Below, one piece after another: positions 8,512 to 17,694 of a stretch of DNA of 64,000 nt (positions are counted from its first letter, which is position 1; every line of letters begins with the position of its first letter). The stretch covers positions 124,001 through 188,000 of IMG/VR virus record IMGVR_UViG_3300049001_000044, one strand, 5' to 3'. Made by a program: the position numbers and the translations under genes. The notes beneath the pieces are model-generated. The model was not told where the DNA came from. It did not search any database and saw nothing but the letters and a program-made list of their open reading frames with translations.

Positions 8512-8807
8512 GCGAGTTGAGCCCTCTCTTGAAGGATATCAATCAGTGCTGCTGAGTCTTTCATCCAACGAACGTACTCCACTTCAGTGAAGCCCAGGTA
8601 GTCGCGAAGGGTCAACCCACAGCCAGCTTCAGACTGATGCCACAGATCGACGAAGTTGTCGATGTTCTCTGCGAAGGCATCACCTTGCAGGCACTGTTCG
8701 ATAAAAGACGGATCGGTCTCGTAAGGTTTCAGCGCTGCGTCCAGCTCTGCGATCTTTTCCTCGGTCCATGGTTGATCCATGCCGATGAAGGGTGCGATCA
8801 AATTCAT
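8508..8807 (-). CDS. Hypothetical protein (99 aa)
   Basis: ORF track; 4-nt overlaps. Confidence 0.7.
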   Translation of the reverse strand: MNLIAPFIGMDQPWTEEKIAELDAALKPYETDPSFIEQCLQGDAFAENIDNFVDLWHQSEAGCGLTLRDYLGFTEVEYVRWMKDSAALIDILQERAQLA

Positions 8808-9592
8808 ACTTTGTCTCCAAACAGGAATTGATTAGGATTGACCAGCAGCTTGAGTTCAGGGAAAGTGGTTTCAGTACACGACCTCAGCACTGGGCCAGTA
8901 GGACGATGCGCCTCTGGGATTTTTGCCATCTGGTCAGAAGTCAGTTCGACTTCCTTCGTGACTCGATGAACGAAAGTACCATGCTTGAAGAAGGCAGGCA
9001 TGTCATCGAATGGATGTCCGATTTCTTCCAGCATTTTCTTCTTGCCTTCGCCATCCACACCATGCAGTTTGCGGCTGGAGAAGTGGGCCTGCGCTGCCAT
9101 CGAGATGGCATTCTTCACCGCGTCTTGCTGGCGCCATAGGTAGTTAAGGTATGCTTCGTTAAGGTCCTCAACTTGCCAAACGCGGCAGTCAAAGGTAGGG
9201 TAGGTGTGCTGCTTCTCAGGCAGGATGCCAGGTAGATTCTTCGTGAAGTAGCTGGTGGCGAGTGATGCCAGTACCGAGGTCAGCTTCTGGAATTTGCCAT
9301 CGAAGAGGTAGGTGCCAAGGTTGTCTTCTTCCACGTAGTAGCACAGCGAGATTTCGTCCGACTGAGTGTAGCCAACCAGAGCGTGGGTCTCTTCGACCAG
9401 GTACTTCGTGGTACCGATCATGAGGGCGCTCATGCGTTCGTCGTACGGACGGTTCAGACCCTTAGTGAAGGTGTGGAATGCCCGACCATCCAGACGAGCC
9501 ATGATCGGCTTACCCTTCACAGCTTTCCTTCCAGCTTCTGCCTGTTCGACTTCTTTCAGGCGATCACCCAGTGTGTCTTTGCTGTCGGTCAT
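8804..9592 (-). CDS. thg1: tRNA(His) guanylyltransferase Thg1-like 3'-5' polymerase
   Basis: ARLDGRAFHTFT, YTQSDEIS, FDGKFQKL, FDCRV, WRQQDAVKNAIS motifs. Confidence 0.93.
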   Translation of the reverse strand: MTDSKDTLGDRLKEVEQAEAGRKAVKGKPIMARLDGRAFHTFTKGLNRPYDERMSALMIGTTKYLVEETHALVGYTQSDEISLCYYVEEDNLGTYLFDGKFQKLTSVLASLATSYFTKNLPGILPEKQHTYPTFDCRVWQVEDLNEAYLNYLWRQQDAVKNAISMAAQAHFSSRKLHGVDGEGKKKMLEEIGHPFDDMPAFFKHGTFVHRVTKEVELTSDQMAKIPEAHRPTGPVLRSCTETTFPELKLLVNPNQFLFGDKV

Positions 9593-9726
9593 TTCGCCTC
9601 CACCACGCAGCCATGTTGTACCTTCGCCAGTTGCAGTTCATGTTTCAGGTATTTGTCGTATGCTTCGTTACCACCCAGCACCAACAAGATGCCGATGATC
9701 ATGATTGCGCCCCATTTATGTTCCAT
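9589..9726 (-). CDS. Small membrane-anchored protein (45 aa)
   Basis: MEHKWGAIMIIGILLVLGG...; ATGA overlap with thg1; not in ORF track. Confidence 0.55.
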   Translation of the reverse strand: MEHKWGAIMIIGILLVLGGNEAYDKYLKHELQLAKVQHGCVVEAK

Positions 9727-9898
9727 GTTTCATATCTCCTTCAAGTTGTTCACGTAGTTGTTTTGCTTCTGCTCTCGCTATATCACGATCATCTATTACG
9801 TGACTCCAGCTACCAGCGGTGAAGTAGGGATTCTCAGTAAGTTCAGGACCAGGCTTCCAATCGTCTGGCACCTTCAAGATCATGGTGAAGTACTTCAT
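9716..9898 (-). CDS. Hypothetical protein (60 aa)
   Basis: ORF track; ATGA overlap with acb1-like gene. Confidence 0.6.
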   Translation of the reverse strand: MKYFTMILKVPDDWKPGPELTENPYFTAGSWSHVIDDRDIARAEAKQLREQLEGDMKHGT

Positions 9899-10380
9899 TT
9901 GTTTTCCCAGTCCAGATCCAAATCCTCACCATACTCTGCTCCCAACAGAACTACTTCGTTGAACGGAGGTAGGATGCCAACGTCGAAGTTGTAGGGGATT
10001 TTGTAAGAGAGGGTGATGTGCGGCTTGTAGGTTGGAAAGTCGTAAGTCGCTGGGTGTTCTCTCATCAGCTGCTCATGGCGAGCAGATAGGGTTGGCGCAT
10101 TCAACTTCATCACCAAACATTTGGTCGAATCCGCTTTACCAGGCTTTGTGTCGAACAGCTCGTATCCTTGGAAGGACGCGTAGTGCATGAAGTCGGGCTC
10201 TGCAACGTAGTCAGGTAAGTGAGTACGGCTGTAGAGTAGGGTGACATGGCGCCGATGTTCCTTCGAGTTGAGGGTGGTTGGGATGCCATGGAACTTCAGG
10301 AACTCGCTCAGCTTTTTGTTGGTAGGCTCAAGCACGCGAACAGCCGCGTACGTCCCTACTTTGGGGTCGTTGAGTTTCAT
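9895..10380 (-). CDS. acb1: 2H phosphoesterase, Acb1 (T4 57B)-like anti-CBASS nuclease
   Basis: HVTLLYSR and PHITLSY motifs, ATYDFPTY, C-terminal EYGEDLDLDW like T4 Acb1 as recalled. Confidence 0.82.
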   Translation of the reverse strand: MKLNDPKVGTYAAVRVLEPTNKKLSEFLKFHGIPTTLNSKEHRRHVTLLYSRTHLPDYVAEPDFMHYASFQGYELFDTKPGKADSTKCLVMKLNAPTLSARHEQLMREHPATYDFPTYKPHITLSYKIPYNFDVGILPPFNEVVLLGAEYGEDLDLDWENK

Positions 10381-10407
10381 GTGGGAGGGATTTTGTAGAA
10401 GTGTATT

Positions 10408-10438
10408 ATTGTAGCATTTGGTGGATCACGTTAAAACT
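10408..10438 (-). promoter_or_regulatory. Phage promoter AGTTT-N20-TACAAT
   Basis: Motif copy upstream of acb1-like gene. Confidence 0.7.
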
Positions 10439-10445
10439 GGGTTCA

Positions 10446-10453
10446 GATAAATA
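10446..10453 (+). promoter_or_regulatory. Late promoter motif GATAAATA
   Basis: 21 nt before the plus-strand ORF at 10475. Confidence 0.65.
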
Positions 10454-10474
10454 CCCATTTTATAGGATCACCAA

Positions 10475-11080
10475 ATGAATCTCCTACAACTACTCGAGGC
10501 CTCTGACGAGGCGAAGAAGTACGTAGACAAGGATGGAAAAACCGTCTATCGTCTACCACGAAAAGAACAACCTCCCAATGAGGATGATCTGACTGCGCCA
10601 AGGATGAAGGCAACGAGACGTCCTCGACCCGGCGAATCTAACCTATCTCCTGAAGCTCTTGAGCTGCGCAGGTCAATGGCAACTCCGTCGAAGGACGACC
10701 TGTATGGACATACTGGCTACGACCCACGAGTCAAGCGCTTGAAGAAGGGTGAGAGAGTGGATCCAGACTTCATCGGTTCGTTGCTTCGCTTTGCACACGA
10801 ACGCAAGGGCAAGCTCTACTACATGGGCAGGGATGGTGAACGCGATCCTACTCCAATGGCAGACGTTGTTGAAGTTGGTTACACCTACAAGCAGAACCCA
10901 ATGTGGGGTACTTGGCACAAGGCGCAGACTCTGGAACTTCGCTTCCACAATGGTACAATCGTTCCTGCGACTAGACTTGGTCCGTCGCACGTGATCGTTC
11001 AAGACTACCGCTTCAAGGCTTACATGCCATCAGGTGTTGCAAAGTTTTGGAGCATCATCAGAGACCACAACAATCGCTAA
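10475..11080 (+). CDS. Hypothetical late protein (201 aa) with MNLLQLLE leader
   Basis: Fills the gap between minus genes; own late promoter, AGGA RBS and terminator. Confidence 0.8.
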   Translation: MNLLQLLEASDEAKKYVDKDGKTVYRLPRKEQPPNEDDLTAPRMKATRRPRPGESNLSPEALELRRSMATPSKDDLYGHTGYDPRVKRLKKGERVDPDFIGSLLRFAHERKGKLYYMGRDGERDPTPMADVVEVGYTYKQNPMWGTWHKAQTLELRFHNGTIVPATRLGPSHVIVQDYRFKAYMPSGVAKFWSIIRDHNNR

Positions 11081-11086
11081 GAAGAA

Positions 11087-11123
11087 AGGCCCCTAACACT
11101 GCGCGGGATGGTGTTAGGGGCCT
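11087..11123. terminator. Bidirectional terminator between convergent genes
   Basis: 13-bp inverted repeat AGGCCCCTAACAC / GTGTTAGGGGCCT with A/T-rich flanks. Confidence 0.75.
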
Positions 11124-11127
11124 TCTT

Positions 11128-11523
11128 TTACTCCGGTGTTTTAGGTGCAGGTGGAGTTGTGCGGTCTATACTGTCTTGCGTCTTGTATGCATCACCTGGT
11201 GCGCCGTACTTGGCAAGGACTAGCTTGCTAAATCCATCAATCGAAGCAACGTAGCCGAGATAGATGGCGAACAAATCCCAGTTGAGGGTGTTGTTGAGTG
11301 TCATTTGGATCATGATCCAAGTTCCGACGATACCACCTACGAGCTGGAGAACTTTCGTCGCGCTGACTTTGTTCCCATCCCTGGTGATCATGTCGGTCCA
11401 GTTGAGGTGGCCCCTTTTGTTCGCACGCCAGAAAGCACCCGCCAAAAATAGCAGGAGACCACCAATGATGGCGCCATACAGGTTGAAGGTGAAGCCCATT
11501 ATCGTAACCATAGAAGTACTCAT
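11128..11523 (-). CDS. Three-TM membrane protein, possible holin
   Basis: Three hydrophobic segments and own late promoter; holin role is inference. Confidence 0.55.
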   Translation of the reverse strand: MSTSMVTIMGFTFNLYGAIIGGLLLFLAGAFWRANKRGHLNWTDMITRDGNKVSATKVLQLVGGIVGTWIMIQMTLNNTLNWDLFAIYLGYVASIDGFSKLVLAKYGAPGDAYKTQDSIDRTTPPAPKTPE

Positions 11524-11552
11524 TCTGCAATATGTGGGTATTCAAGATTGAG

Positions 11553-11560
11553 TATTTATC
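11553..11560 (-). promoter_or_regulatory. Late promoter motif GATAAATA
   Basis: Upstream of TM gene, just after a UUCG terminator. Confidence 0.65.
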
Positions 11561-11580
11561 CTGATGGCCGGATCCGGAGC

Positions 11581-11607
11581 AAAAAGAAAGGAGTCCGAAG
11601 ACTCCTT
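11581..11607 (-). terminator. cUUCGg intrinsic terminator
   Basis: AAAGGAGTC-TTCG-GACTCCTTT followed by CTTTT on the minus strand. Confidence 0.8.
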
Positions 11608-11613
11608 TTGGAT

Positions 11614-11772
11614 TCAAAACCCGTCGTCAATCAGCCACCATCCCTCTTCGAAATGGTTGTAAGCTTCGCTACCAACTTCGTACGGGCAATCCTCTAGAGG
11701 AAGAGGATGGTGGTCAATACCTTCATTGAACCACCTAAGCTGGTCTTCGCTCAGATCACTGAGCCAGCCCAT
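11614..11772 (-). CDS. Small acidic protein with CPY...EGW motif (52 aa)
   Basis: MGWLSDLSEDQLRWFNEGID...DCPYEVGSEAYNHFEEGWW; TAATG overlap with glutaredoxin; not in track. Confidence 0.6.
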   Translation of the reverse strand: MGWLSDLSEDQLRWFNEGIDHHPLPLEDCPYEVGSEAYNHFEEGWWLIDDGF

Positions 11773-12023
11773 TATGTGCCGATCAGTTTTTGCAGATCAG
11801 GGAAGCCACCAATCACTGTACCATCCAGCACGATCTGTGGGACGCTCTTCGCAGTAGGGATTTTCGCTTTCAGTTCTGGCGCGGTGATGTAGGTGACACC
11901 TTCGACTTTCTCTTGGCCGACATCCACGATCACCTCATCGTATTGGATGCCTTTCTTGTTAAGCAGGTCTTTTGCTTTGTCACATTGTGGGCAGGAAGGT
12001 TTGGAGTAGACAGTAAATTTCAT
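11772..12023 (-). CDS. Glutaredoxin (83 aa)
   Basis: Start moved to MKFTVYSKPSCPQC; SVPQI and IGGF motifs; follows nrdB. Confidence 0.92.
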   Translation of the reverse strand: MKFTVYSKPSCPQCDKAKDLLNKKGIQYDEVIVDVGQEKVEGVTYITAPELKAKIPTAKSVPQIVLDGTVIGGFPDLQKLIGT

Positions 12024-12025
12024 GA

Positions 12026-13162
12026 TTAGAATTCCGGGAGTTCGTTGTAGTTGATTTCGTTGGTCATGGAGCCGATGACATAAGCGACGGACTCGTTTTC
12101 TTGCAGTGCAGTTTGCTTCTTGTTGGAGTTCATGTGCTTGTTGAACCATGGTGCTGGAGTGGACTTGACGCCTGCATCATACTTAAGACCGATTTCTTTC
12201 AGTCGACCTTGGGCAGTCCAATCAACCAGTCCTACCATCACGCGCTCATTCATACCAATGACGCTGCCTTCTTTGAAGAGGTACTTGGCCCAGCCCTTCT
12301 CTTCGTCGATAACGGAGAGCAGCATGTCCAGGCATTCCTTCTTCGTCTCTTGAGCGACTTGAGCGAAGCGTGGATCGTCTTTGACGAGGGTGTTGAGAAT
12401 GTAGGATGTCCAGTCCACGTGCAGCATTTCATCAGAGAGAATCAGTGCGATCTCGTTTCCGTTGCCGATGAAGATCTTGTTCTCAACCATTGCCAATGAG
12501 GTAGCAAAGCTGACGGTAAAGCGGATAGCTTCCAAACCGTACGAAGCAACCATCGCCAGCCAAATTGCCTTGATGTGCTCGTGCTCACTCACGTACAGAG
12601 CCTTCTCGATGTCTGCGCTGAGTTGGATCTTCTGCGTCTTCAGCTGCTTCAGCGTTTCCTTGCGGCAGTTCAGCTGATGCAGGTCTTCGTAGTAGTCGCC
12701 AATGGAACTAACCATCGACATGATTTCGCTGTTGTCGTGAATCTTGTTGAACTCGTCCTTAGGAACGTTGTAGATGTTCCTGATGATGTGCGAGTAAGCA
12801 CGCGAGTGGATCTGTTCAAACCAAGTCCAAGTAGTGACCATTGCTTCCAGTTCTGGAACAGAACAGACTGGCGCAAAGATCGCAACGGGTGCACGACCTT
12901 GAATGGAGTCGAGTGTGGTCTGACGCAGGAGGTTGGAGGTGAAGATGTGGCGGACAGCTTTCGATGCTTCCTTGAAGTCGATCTTGTCCTTAGTAAGGGT
13001 GATCTCTTCAGGTACCCAGAATGCACCACGTTGGGTCTCGTCGAACTTTGCAATCTTGGGATAAGCGTAGTCGTCAAATCGTTGGGTGGTAACTTGACCA
13101 GCAGGGTCAAGGAACATTTGACGCTTGGAGTATTCAGGAACTTTAGTAAAATCTCGATTCAT
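12026..13162 (-). CDS. nrdB: Ribonucleotide reductase class Ia beta subunit
   Basis: FWVPEEITL, EQIHSRAY, LEAIRF, DEMLH diiron ligands; C-terminal QENE...Y. Confidence 0.96.
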   Translation of the reverse strand: MNRDFTKVPEYSKRQMFLDPAGQVTTQRFDDYAYPKIAKFDETQRGAFWVPEEITLTKDKIDFKEASKAVRHIFTSNLLRQTTLDSIQGRAPVAIFAPVCSVPELEAMVTTWTWFEQIHSRAYSHIIRNIYNVPKDEFNKIHDNSEIMSMVSSIGDYYEDLHQLNCRKETLKQLKTQKIQLSADIEKALYVSEHEHIKAIWLAMVASYGLEAIRFTVSFATSLAMVENKIFIGNGNEIALILSDEMLHVDWTSYILNTLVKDDPRFAQVAQETKKECLDMLLSVIDEEKGWAKYLFKEGSVIGMNERVMVGLVDWTAQGRLKEIGLKYDAGVKSTPAPWFNKHMNSNKKQTALQENESVAYVIGSMTNEINYNELPEF

Positions 13163-13205
13163 ATTCGTCTTTGAGTTAGGAGAGGGCTTTCACCCTCTCC
13201 ATTAT

Positions 13206-15536
13206 TTACAACACGCAGCTTTCGCAGTAGCCTTCGTCTTCTTCAAGCTCTTCTACGACTTGAGCTTGAGGAGTATCCTGCAGCATTTCCTTCGCACCTT
13301 GCTTATCGACCAGGTGGTAGTAGTGGGACTTGACTCCCCACTTGTGCGCTCGCATCAAGTTACCCAGAACCAGAGTCACAGGAATCTTACCTTCAGGGAA
13401 CCACTTAGGCGAGTAGTAGGTGTCAGACGAGATGCCTTGGTCAACATAGACTTGCAGAACTGCTGTGGTCTTGATGTACTCGATGCAGTCTTTCTGGTCC
13501 CACAAAAGCTGGTAGTGATTCTTCAGCTTGCGATATTCTGGAACGACTTGAGCGAATGCGCCCGCTTTGGATTCCTTGATGATGATTAGCTGCTTGACGA
13601 GGTTGATACCGTTCGTCGAGTTGATAACCACCGAAGACGATTCGACTGGAGCAATGGCCATCAGCGTTGCGTTGCGGATGCCGTACATCTTCAGCTTCTC
13701 ACGCAGACCTTCCCAATCCAGATCTTCCGAAGGAGTGAAGTCAGTCAGTTCGTTGACGCCTTCAGCGCGCAGCTCCCATGGGAAGATGCCTTGGCCGTAG
13801 CGAGTCTTCGAAGACATTTCGCAAGGACCTTTCTCCTTAGCCAGCATCACAGATGCTTCGGTCAGATAGAAGGCCTGGTGTTCCATCCAACGCTTGACTT
13901 CAGCCAGTGCGTCTGCATCACCATATTTCATCTTGCGCTTGGCGTGCCAGTAAGCAAGGTTGGTAATGCCGATGCCCAGCGGTTCGAACTCTTTGTTGTG
14001 GAGTTCAGAATGGACGGACAGAAAGTCTTGGTACTGCAGAAGGTTGTGCAGCGCACGATGCAATACAACTGCTGGACGTTTGATGTCTTCTGGATTACGG
14101 AAGCAACCCCAGTTCAAACTGCCTAGCGTGCAAAGAGCGATACGACCGTCTGGATCATCAATCGTCTGGAAAGGACGAGTGTGCTGCATGATCTCAGTGC
14201 AGAGATTGGTCATGTACACTGGGTGGATCGACGGAACAAACGGACCCTGCTTTGCCACGTTGTCCACGTTCAAGACGTAGTAGCGACCAGTGTCGCTGCG
14301 CTCTTTGTTAAAGAGGTCTTTAACGTAGGTCTCTGCAGGAATCTGCTTGACCTTGATGTCCTTGCGCTGCTCGTACTCTTCGTACAGATGCTCGAAGTAG
14401 TCGTAGTCGCGGTAGTAGGCTTCGTACAGATCGGGTACTTCGTTCGGGTCAAACAGAGAGATGACGCCTTGACGGTAGAATCGCTTCCACATCAGAGCGG
14501 AGACACCAACGCAGTAGTCCAGGTGACGAACGCGGGTCTCGTCAGTACCTTGGTTGTTCTTCAGCACCAGAAGGTCTTCAACTTGTGCGTGCCAGAATGG
14601 GAAGTTCGTAGTTGCGGATGCGTTACGAATACCGCCTTGTGAACACGAGCGAAGGTCAGCGAACCATTTCTTCAGGAACGGAACCATGCCTGTGTGTTTG
14701 ACTTCACCACCGCGGATAGGCGCGCCCAGCGGACGGAGACGACCGATATCCAAACCAATACCTGCTCGCTTTGCAGCGTAGTCAGCCATGATTTGGCCAG
14801 ATGCGAAGATCGACTTCAGCGTGTCATCTGACTTGATAAGAACGCAAGAGGAGAATTGCTTCGTCTTGGTACCCAGGCCAGCCAGAACTGGCGTAGCCAA
14901 GGTGAAGAGGCCGTCACTGGAGGAGTTGTAGAAGTCACGCACCCAACGAAGACGATCCTTTGTCTCTGCGTGGAATGCAGTTGCGGCCGCAACTGCATAG
15001 CGGACTTGTGGGGTCTCAACTACAGAGCCAGACTTAGTGCGATCTTGAACAAGATACTTTTCAATGAGTTGGTCAACTGCTGCGTAAGGGAGGTTTTCGT
15101 CTTTGTCATGGTCAACGAATTTCTCAATTTGATCCCATTCTGCTTCAGTGTACCAGGTGAGTAGTTCAGGGGTGTAGAAGCCATTTTCAACGTTCTTCTT
15201 TACGATGTCATACAGGCGTGGGGGAGTGTAGGTACCGTAAACGTCCTTGCGCAGCATTGAGATTCGCTGCTTACCAGCGGCGTACTGGTAATTGACGTTG
15301 CCGATTTCGGGGTGCTCTTCTTCATCGATGAGGTCAATCATAGCACGAAGTGCCATTTGATCGAGCTCGCGAGTTGGCATACCATCATAGAAGTTCGCCT
15401 TGGCGGCGATCTCAATCATCGAGGTGGATACACCATCAATGCCTTCGCAAACTTTTGCGATTTGTGCTGACCATTTTTCGTGTTCGAGAAGTTCCCTTTC
15501 TCCATTTCGCTTGATGACGTACATTGCTTGCGTCAT
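13206..15536 (-). CDS. nrdA: Ribonucleotide reductase class Ia alpha subunit
   Basis: N-terminal ATP cone, TPVLAG, FSSCVL, TNLCTEI, LCTLGS, C-terminal CESC. Confidence 0.97.
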   Translation of the reverse strand: MTQAMYVIKRNGERELLEHEKWSAQIAKVCEGIDGVSTSMIEIAAKANFYDGMPTRELDQMALRAMIDLIDEEEHPEIGNVNYQYAAGKQRISMLRKDVYGTYTPPRLYDIVKKNVENGFYTPELLTWYTEAEWDQIEKFVDHDKDENLPYAAVDQLIEKYLVQDRTKSGSVVETPQVRYAVAAATAFHAETKDRLRWVRDFYNSSSDGLFTLATPVLAGLGTKTKQFSSCVLIKSDDTLKSIFASGQIMADYAAKRAGIGLDIGRLRPLGAPIRGGEVKHTGMVPFLKKWFADLRSCSQGGIRNASATTNFPFWHAQVEDLLVLKNNQGTDETRVRHLDYCVGVSALMWKRFYRQGVISLFDPNEVPDLYEAYYRDYDYFEHLYEEYEQRKDIKVKQIPAETYVKDLFNKERSDTGRYYVLNVDNVAKQGPFVPSIHPVYMTNLCTEIMQHTRPFQTIDDPDGRIALCTLGSLNWGCFRNPEDIKRPAVVLHRALHNLLQYQDFLSVHSELHNKEFEPLGIGITNLAYWHAKRKMKYGDADALAEVKRWMEHQAFYLTEASVMLAKEKGPCEMSSKTRYGQGIFPWELRAEGVNELTDFTPSEDLDWEGLREKLKMYGIRNATLMAIAPVESSSVVINSTNGINLVKQLIIIKESKAGAFAQVVPEYRKLKNHYQLLWDQKDCIEYIKTTAVLQVYVDQGISSDTYYSPKWFPEGKIPVTLVLGNLMRAHKWGVKSHYYHLVDKQGAKEMLQDTPQAQVVEELEEDEGYCESCVL

Positions 15537-15569
15537 GTGTGTTGTTCTCCAATTATTTTGCTACATGAA

Positions 15570-15600
15570 ATTATACTATTTCGACCCAGCTAAATTAACT
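15570..15600 (-). promoter_or_regulatory. Phage promoter AGTTA-N20-TATAAT upstream of nrdA
   Basis: One-mismatch variant, exact spacing. Confidence 0.62.
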
Positions 15601-15657
15601 TCAACCAGGGAAAACGAGGGCCGCAAGGGCGATTTTGGGTCGCCCCTTGACGTAGAA

Positions 15658-16236
15658 TTACAGGGATTTGAGTGTGAAGTCGGTTACTTCGTTAATTCGC
15701 CGAGTCCATCCAACCAAGAACATCTTCTGGGATGGGTCTCGCTCTACAATAGAGTTGTAGAAGGCCGATCTGTATTGCGAAATCTTGGTGATCATGTCGC
15801 GTTGATTACCATTCGCTATTGCACGCAGGGTGTTGGGTCCAATTTGACCATCTTCGACTGCCCCGACGGAGCGCTGGAGGAACTTGTTGGCACGACCAAT
15901 TCCATGATTGACGCAGCCATCGAAATGGATCAACGCCAATGGATATGGAAGAGCATCGCATTTGCCACGCATCCAGTAGTTGGTGAAGTAAACCTGCATT
16001 GCACCATCCAAGTTCAATGCATTGACGTTGACGTCGGTGTTAGCCTTCTGCGCTACACCATACTTCGTCTCACCGCCGCGGTCATTTGGAATGTTCACAT
16101 AACCAACCTTCTGTCGCTGCTCTCGAGTTGAGATACGACCAGCGACTACGTCAGGATCAGCTGGGTTAAAGAAAGCCCCAATCTCGTAAAGCATCGCATG
16201 ATTAAATGCTTTGACGAATCCTTCTGGATACTTCAT
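15658..16236 (-). CDS. GH108-family lysozyme (endolysin) with C-terminal peptidoglycan-binding part
   Basis: NDRGGETKYGV, FDGCVNHG, DGQIGPNTL, FLVGWTRR. Confidence 0.88.
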   Translation of the reverse strand: MKYPEGFVKAFNHAMLYEIGAFFNPADPDVVAGRISTREQRQKVGYVNIPNDRGGETKYGVAQKANTDVNVNALNLDGAMQVYFTNYWMRGKCDALPYPLALIHFDGCVNHGIGRANKFLQRSVGAVEDGQIGPNTLRAIANGNQRDMITKISQYRSAFYNSIVERDPSQKMFLVGWTRRINEVTDFTLKSL

Positions 16237-16263
16237 CTTGTTCTCTCCTTATTCTTGATAGGG

Positions 16264-16271
16264 TATTTATC
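16264..16271 (-). promoter_or_regulatory. Late promoter motif GATAAATA upstream of lysin
   Basis: Motif match in intergenic gap. Confidence 0.65.
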
Positions 16272-16310
16272 ATGACCCCGGAGAGAACTCGATGAATGAA
16301 GTATCCTACA

Positions 16311-16820
16311 CTAGCCCGTAATGTCGCCTACGACTTTGTTGGTGAGGTGCTTGTAGAGGTCGTGCGGACCAATCACAACCGACAATTGGAGGGTCTTGCC
16401 AACGCCTTGACCTGGACCAACAGGATGGACCAATGCTTGACCTTTGTTGATCATTGGATGGACAAGGGAGATGTCTTCAACGTAATCAACCACGTCGATG
16501 TCGAGGGTACGAAGGTTCATTTCATCTGGCGCGAACACGAAGGCGATATGCTTCGAGCTACTGCATGCTTGAACCGAAACGGTGTCGAGCTGGTAGGTGT
16601 CGCGATCAGTGACTAGGATCTGCCAAGTAGCAGGGACCCAGAATTCGGAGTTGTTCACACGCAGCTTCACCGCAGCACCCGTCGTTTCCTCAAGGTAGGT
16701 GATGTGTTGCAGCATGAAGTCGGTGATTTGAGCGTTGAAGATCCAGTGATGACGAATCACCACCGGAGCAGTCAGACTGTCGATCACGTACGGTTTGCCG
16801 TAGTCAGCCAATACCAGCAT
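16311..16820 (-). CDS. Hypothetical protein (169 aa)
   Basis: ORF track; abuts the MazG-like gene. Confidence 0.75.
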   Translation of the reverse strand: MLVLADYGKPYVIDSLTAPVVIRHHWIFNAQITDFMLQHITYLEETTGAAVKLRVNNSEFWVPATWQILVTDRDTYQLDTVSVQACSSSKHIAFVFAPDEMNLRTLDIDVVDYVEDISLVHPMINKGQALVHPVGPGQGVGKTLQLSVVIGPHDLYKHLTNKVVGDITG

Positions 16821-17555
16821 TTAGTTGCTTCCTTCCGCGTCAGGCGTAATTTCGTAGTTCGCGGTGAAACGAACCAGCTTGATCTCTGCTGGATTGCTGC
16901 TCACGTTACCAAAGTAAACGCGCTTCATGTCATCGGTGCAGAGGTTCTCGTTGATGACACCGTGGCTTTCGAAGTAGCGACGATCGTAACCAGCTTCGGT
17001 TAGAATGCGCAGACCATTCGGTGCTTGCCAACCTTCTGGTTTGACGACGTCGAATGCGTGACCGCGTTTTGTGATGCCACGTTCCTTGGAGATGTTAGCG
17101 CGTTGTACGTCATCCCATAGCTTCTCCCACGGCAGACCCATGATAACGGCAGTGCCCTTGGCGAAATAGACTAAGTCGATCAGTGCGTCCGCCTGCTCAG
17201 CGAAGTCTTGGCTTTCGATGGCCATCTTGAATTCGTCCAGCTCTTCTTGCAGACATTCTGCTCGCTCACGCAGCTTACGCTTAGTGACCATGACAGGTAT
17301 ACGTCCGCTGTCGATGAAGCCAAACTTCTGATGGAAAGCGCGAACGTCTTCCAGCTCTTTGTCGGTCGCAGGGACTTCGACTTCTTTGTATTGATCCATT
17401 TCTTTCCAGTGTTGGGTTAAGAGGCGATTGAGGATGGCTTCAGCTCCTTTGCGGTAGATGACGTAGCCATACGGGTCTTCAATCTCTAAAGGGTCCCACT
17501 CCACGATTCGATAGTCGTAGAGAAGCGCAATGTTTTCTTTCTCTTTCTTGTTCAT
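16821..17555 (-). CDS. MazG/PRA-PH-like NTP pyrophosphohydrolase (start uncertain, GTG 17594 possible)
   Basis: LQEELDEF...EQADALIDLVYF...WDDVQRANISK...VVKPEGW. Confidence 0.83.
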   Translation of the reverse strand: MNKKEKENIALLYDYRIVEWDPLEIEDPYGYVIYRKGAEAILNRLLTQHWKEMDQYKEVEVPATDKELEDVRAFHQKFGFIDSGRIPVMVTKRKLRERAECLQEELDEFKMAIESQDFAEQADALIDLVYFAKGTAVIMGLPWEKLWDDVQRANISKERGITKRGHAFDVVKPEGWQAPNGLRILTEAGYDRRYFESHGVINENLCTDDMKRVYFGNVSSNPAEIKLVRFTANYEITPDAEGSN

Positions 17556-17653
17556 AGCAGTAGCCCAGCCAAAATGGCTGAAGTTGAGTCTCACGTATTG
17601 GAGTTGCCGTGAAGCCGATAGGCTACGGCTGAGGAAGGAGTTACTACATGAAT

Positions 17654-17684
17654 ATTATACCCCTTCCTCAATCGAAGAAAAACT
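17654..17684 (-). promoter_or_regulatory. Phage promoter AGTTT-N20-TATAAT
   Basis: Exact motif copy. Confidence 0.72.
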
Positions 17685-17694
17685 GGAACCTTAC

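Noticed and set aside
12026-15536. Introns or inteins in nrdA/nrdB, and likewise terL and uvsX
   Set aside because: Frames are uninterrupted and of normal length; the short helical insert in NrdB has no splicing motifs.
16311-16820. Possible degenerate Hint/intein-like fold
   Set aside because: Only a vague beta-strand pattern; no N-terminal Cys/Ser or C-terminal His-Asn. Needs a profile search.
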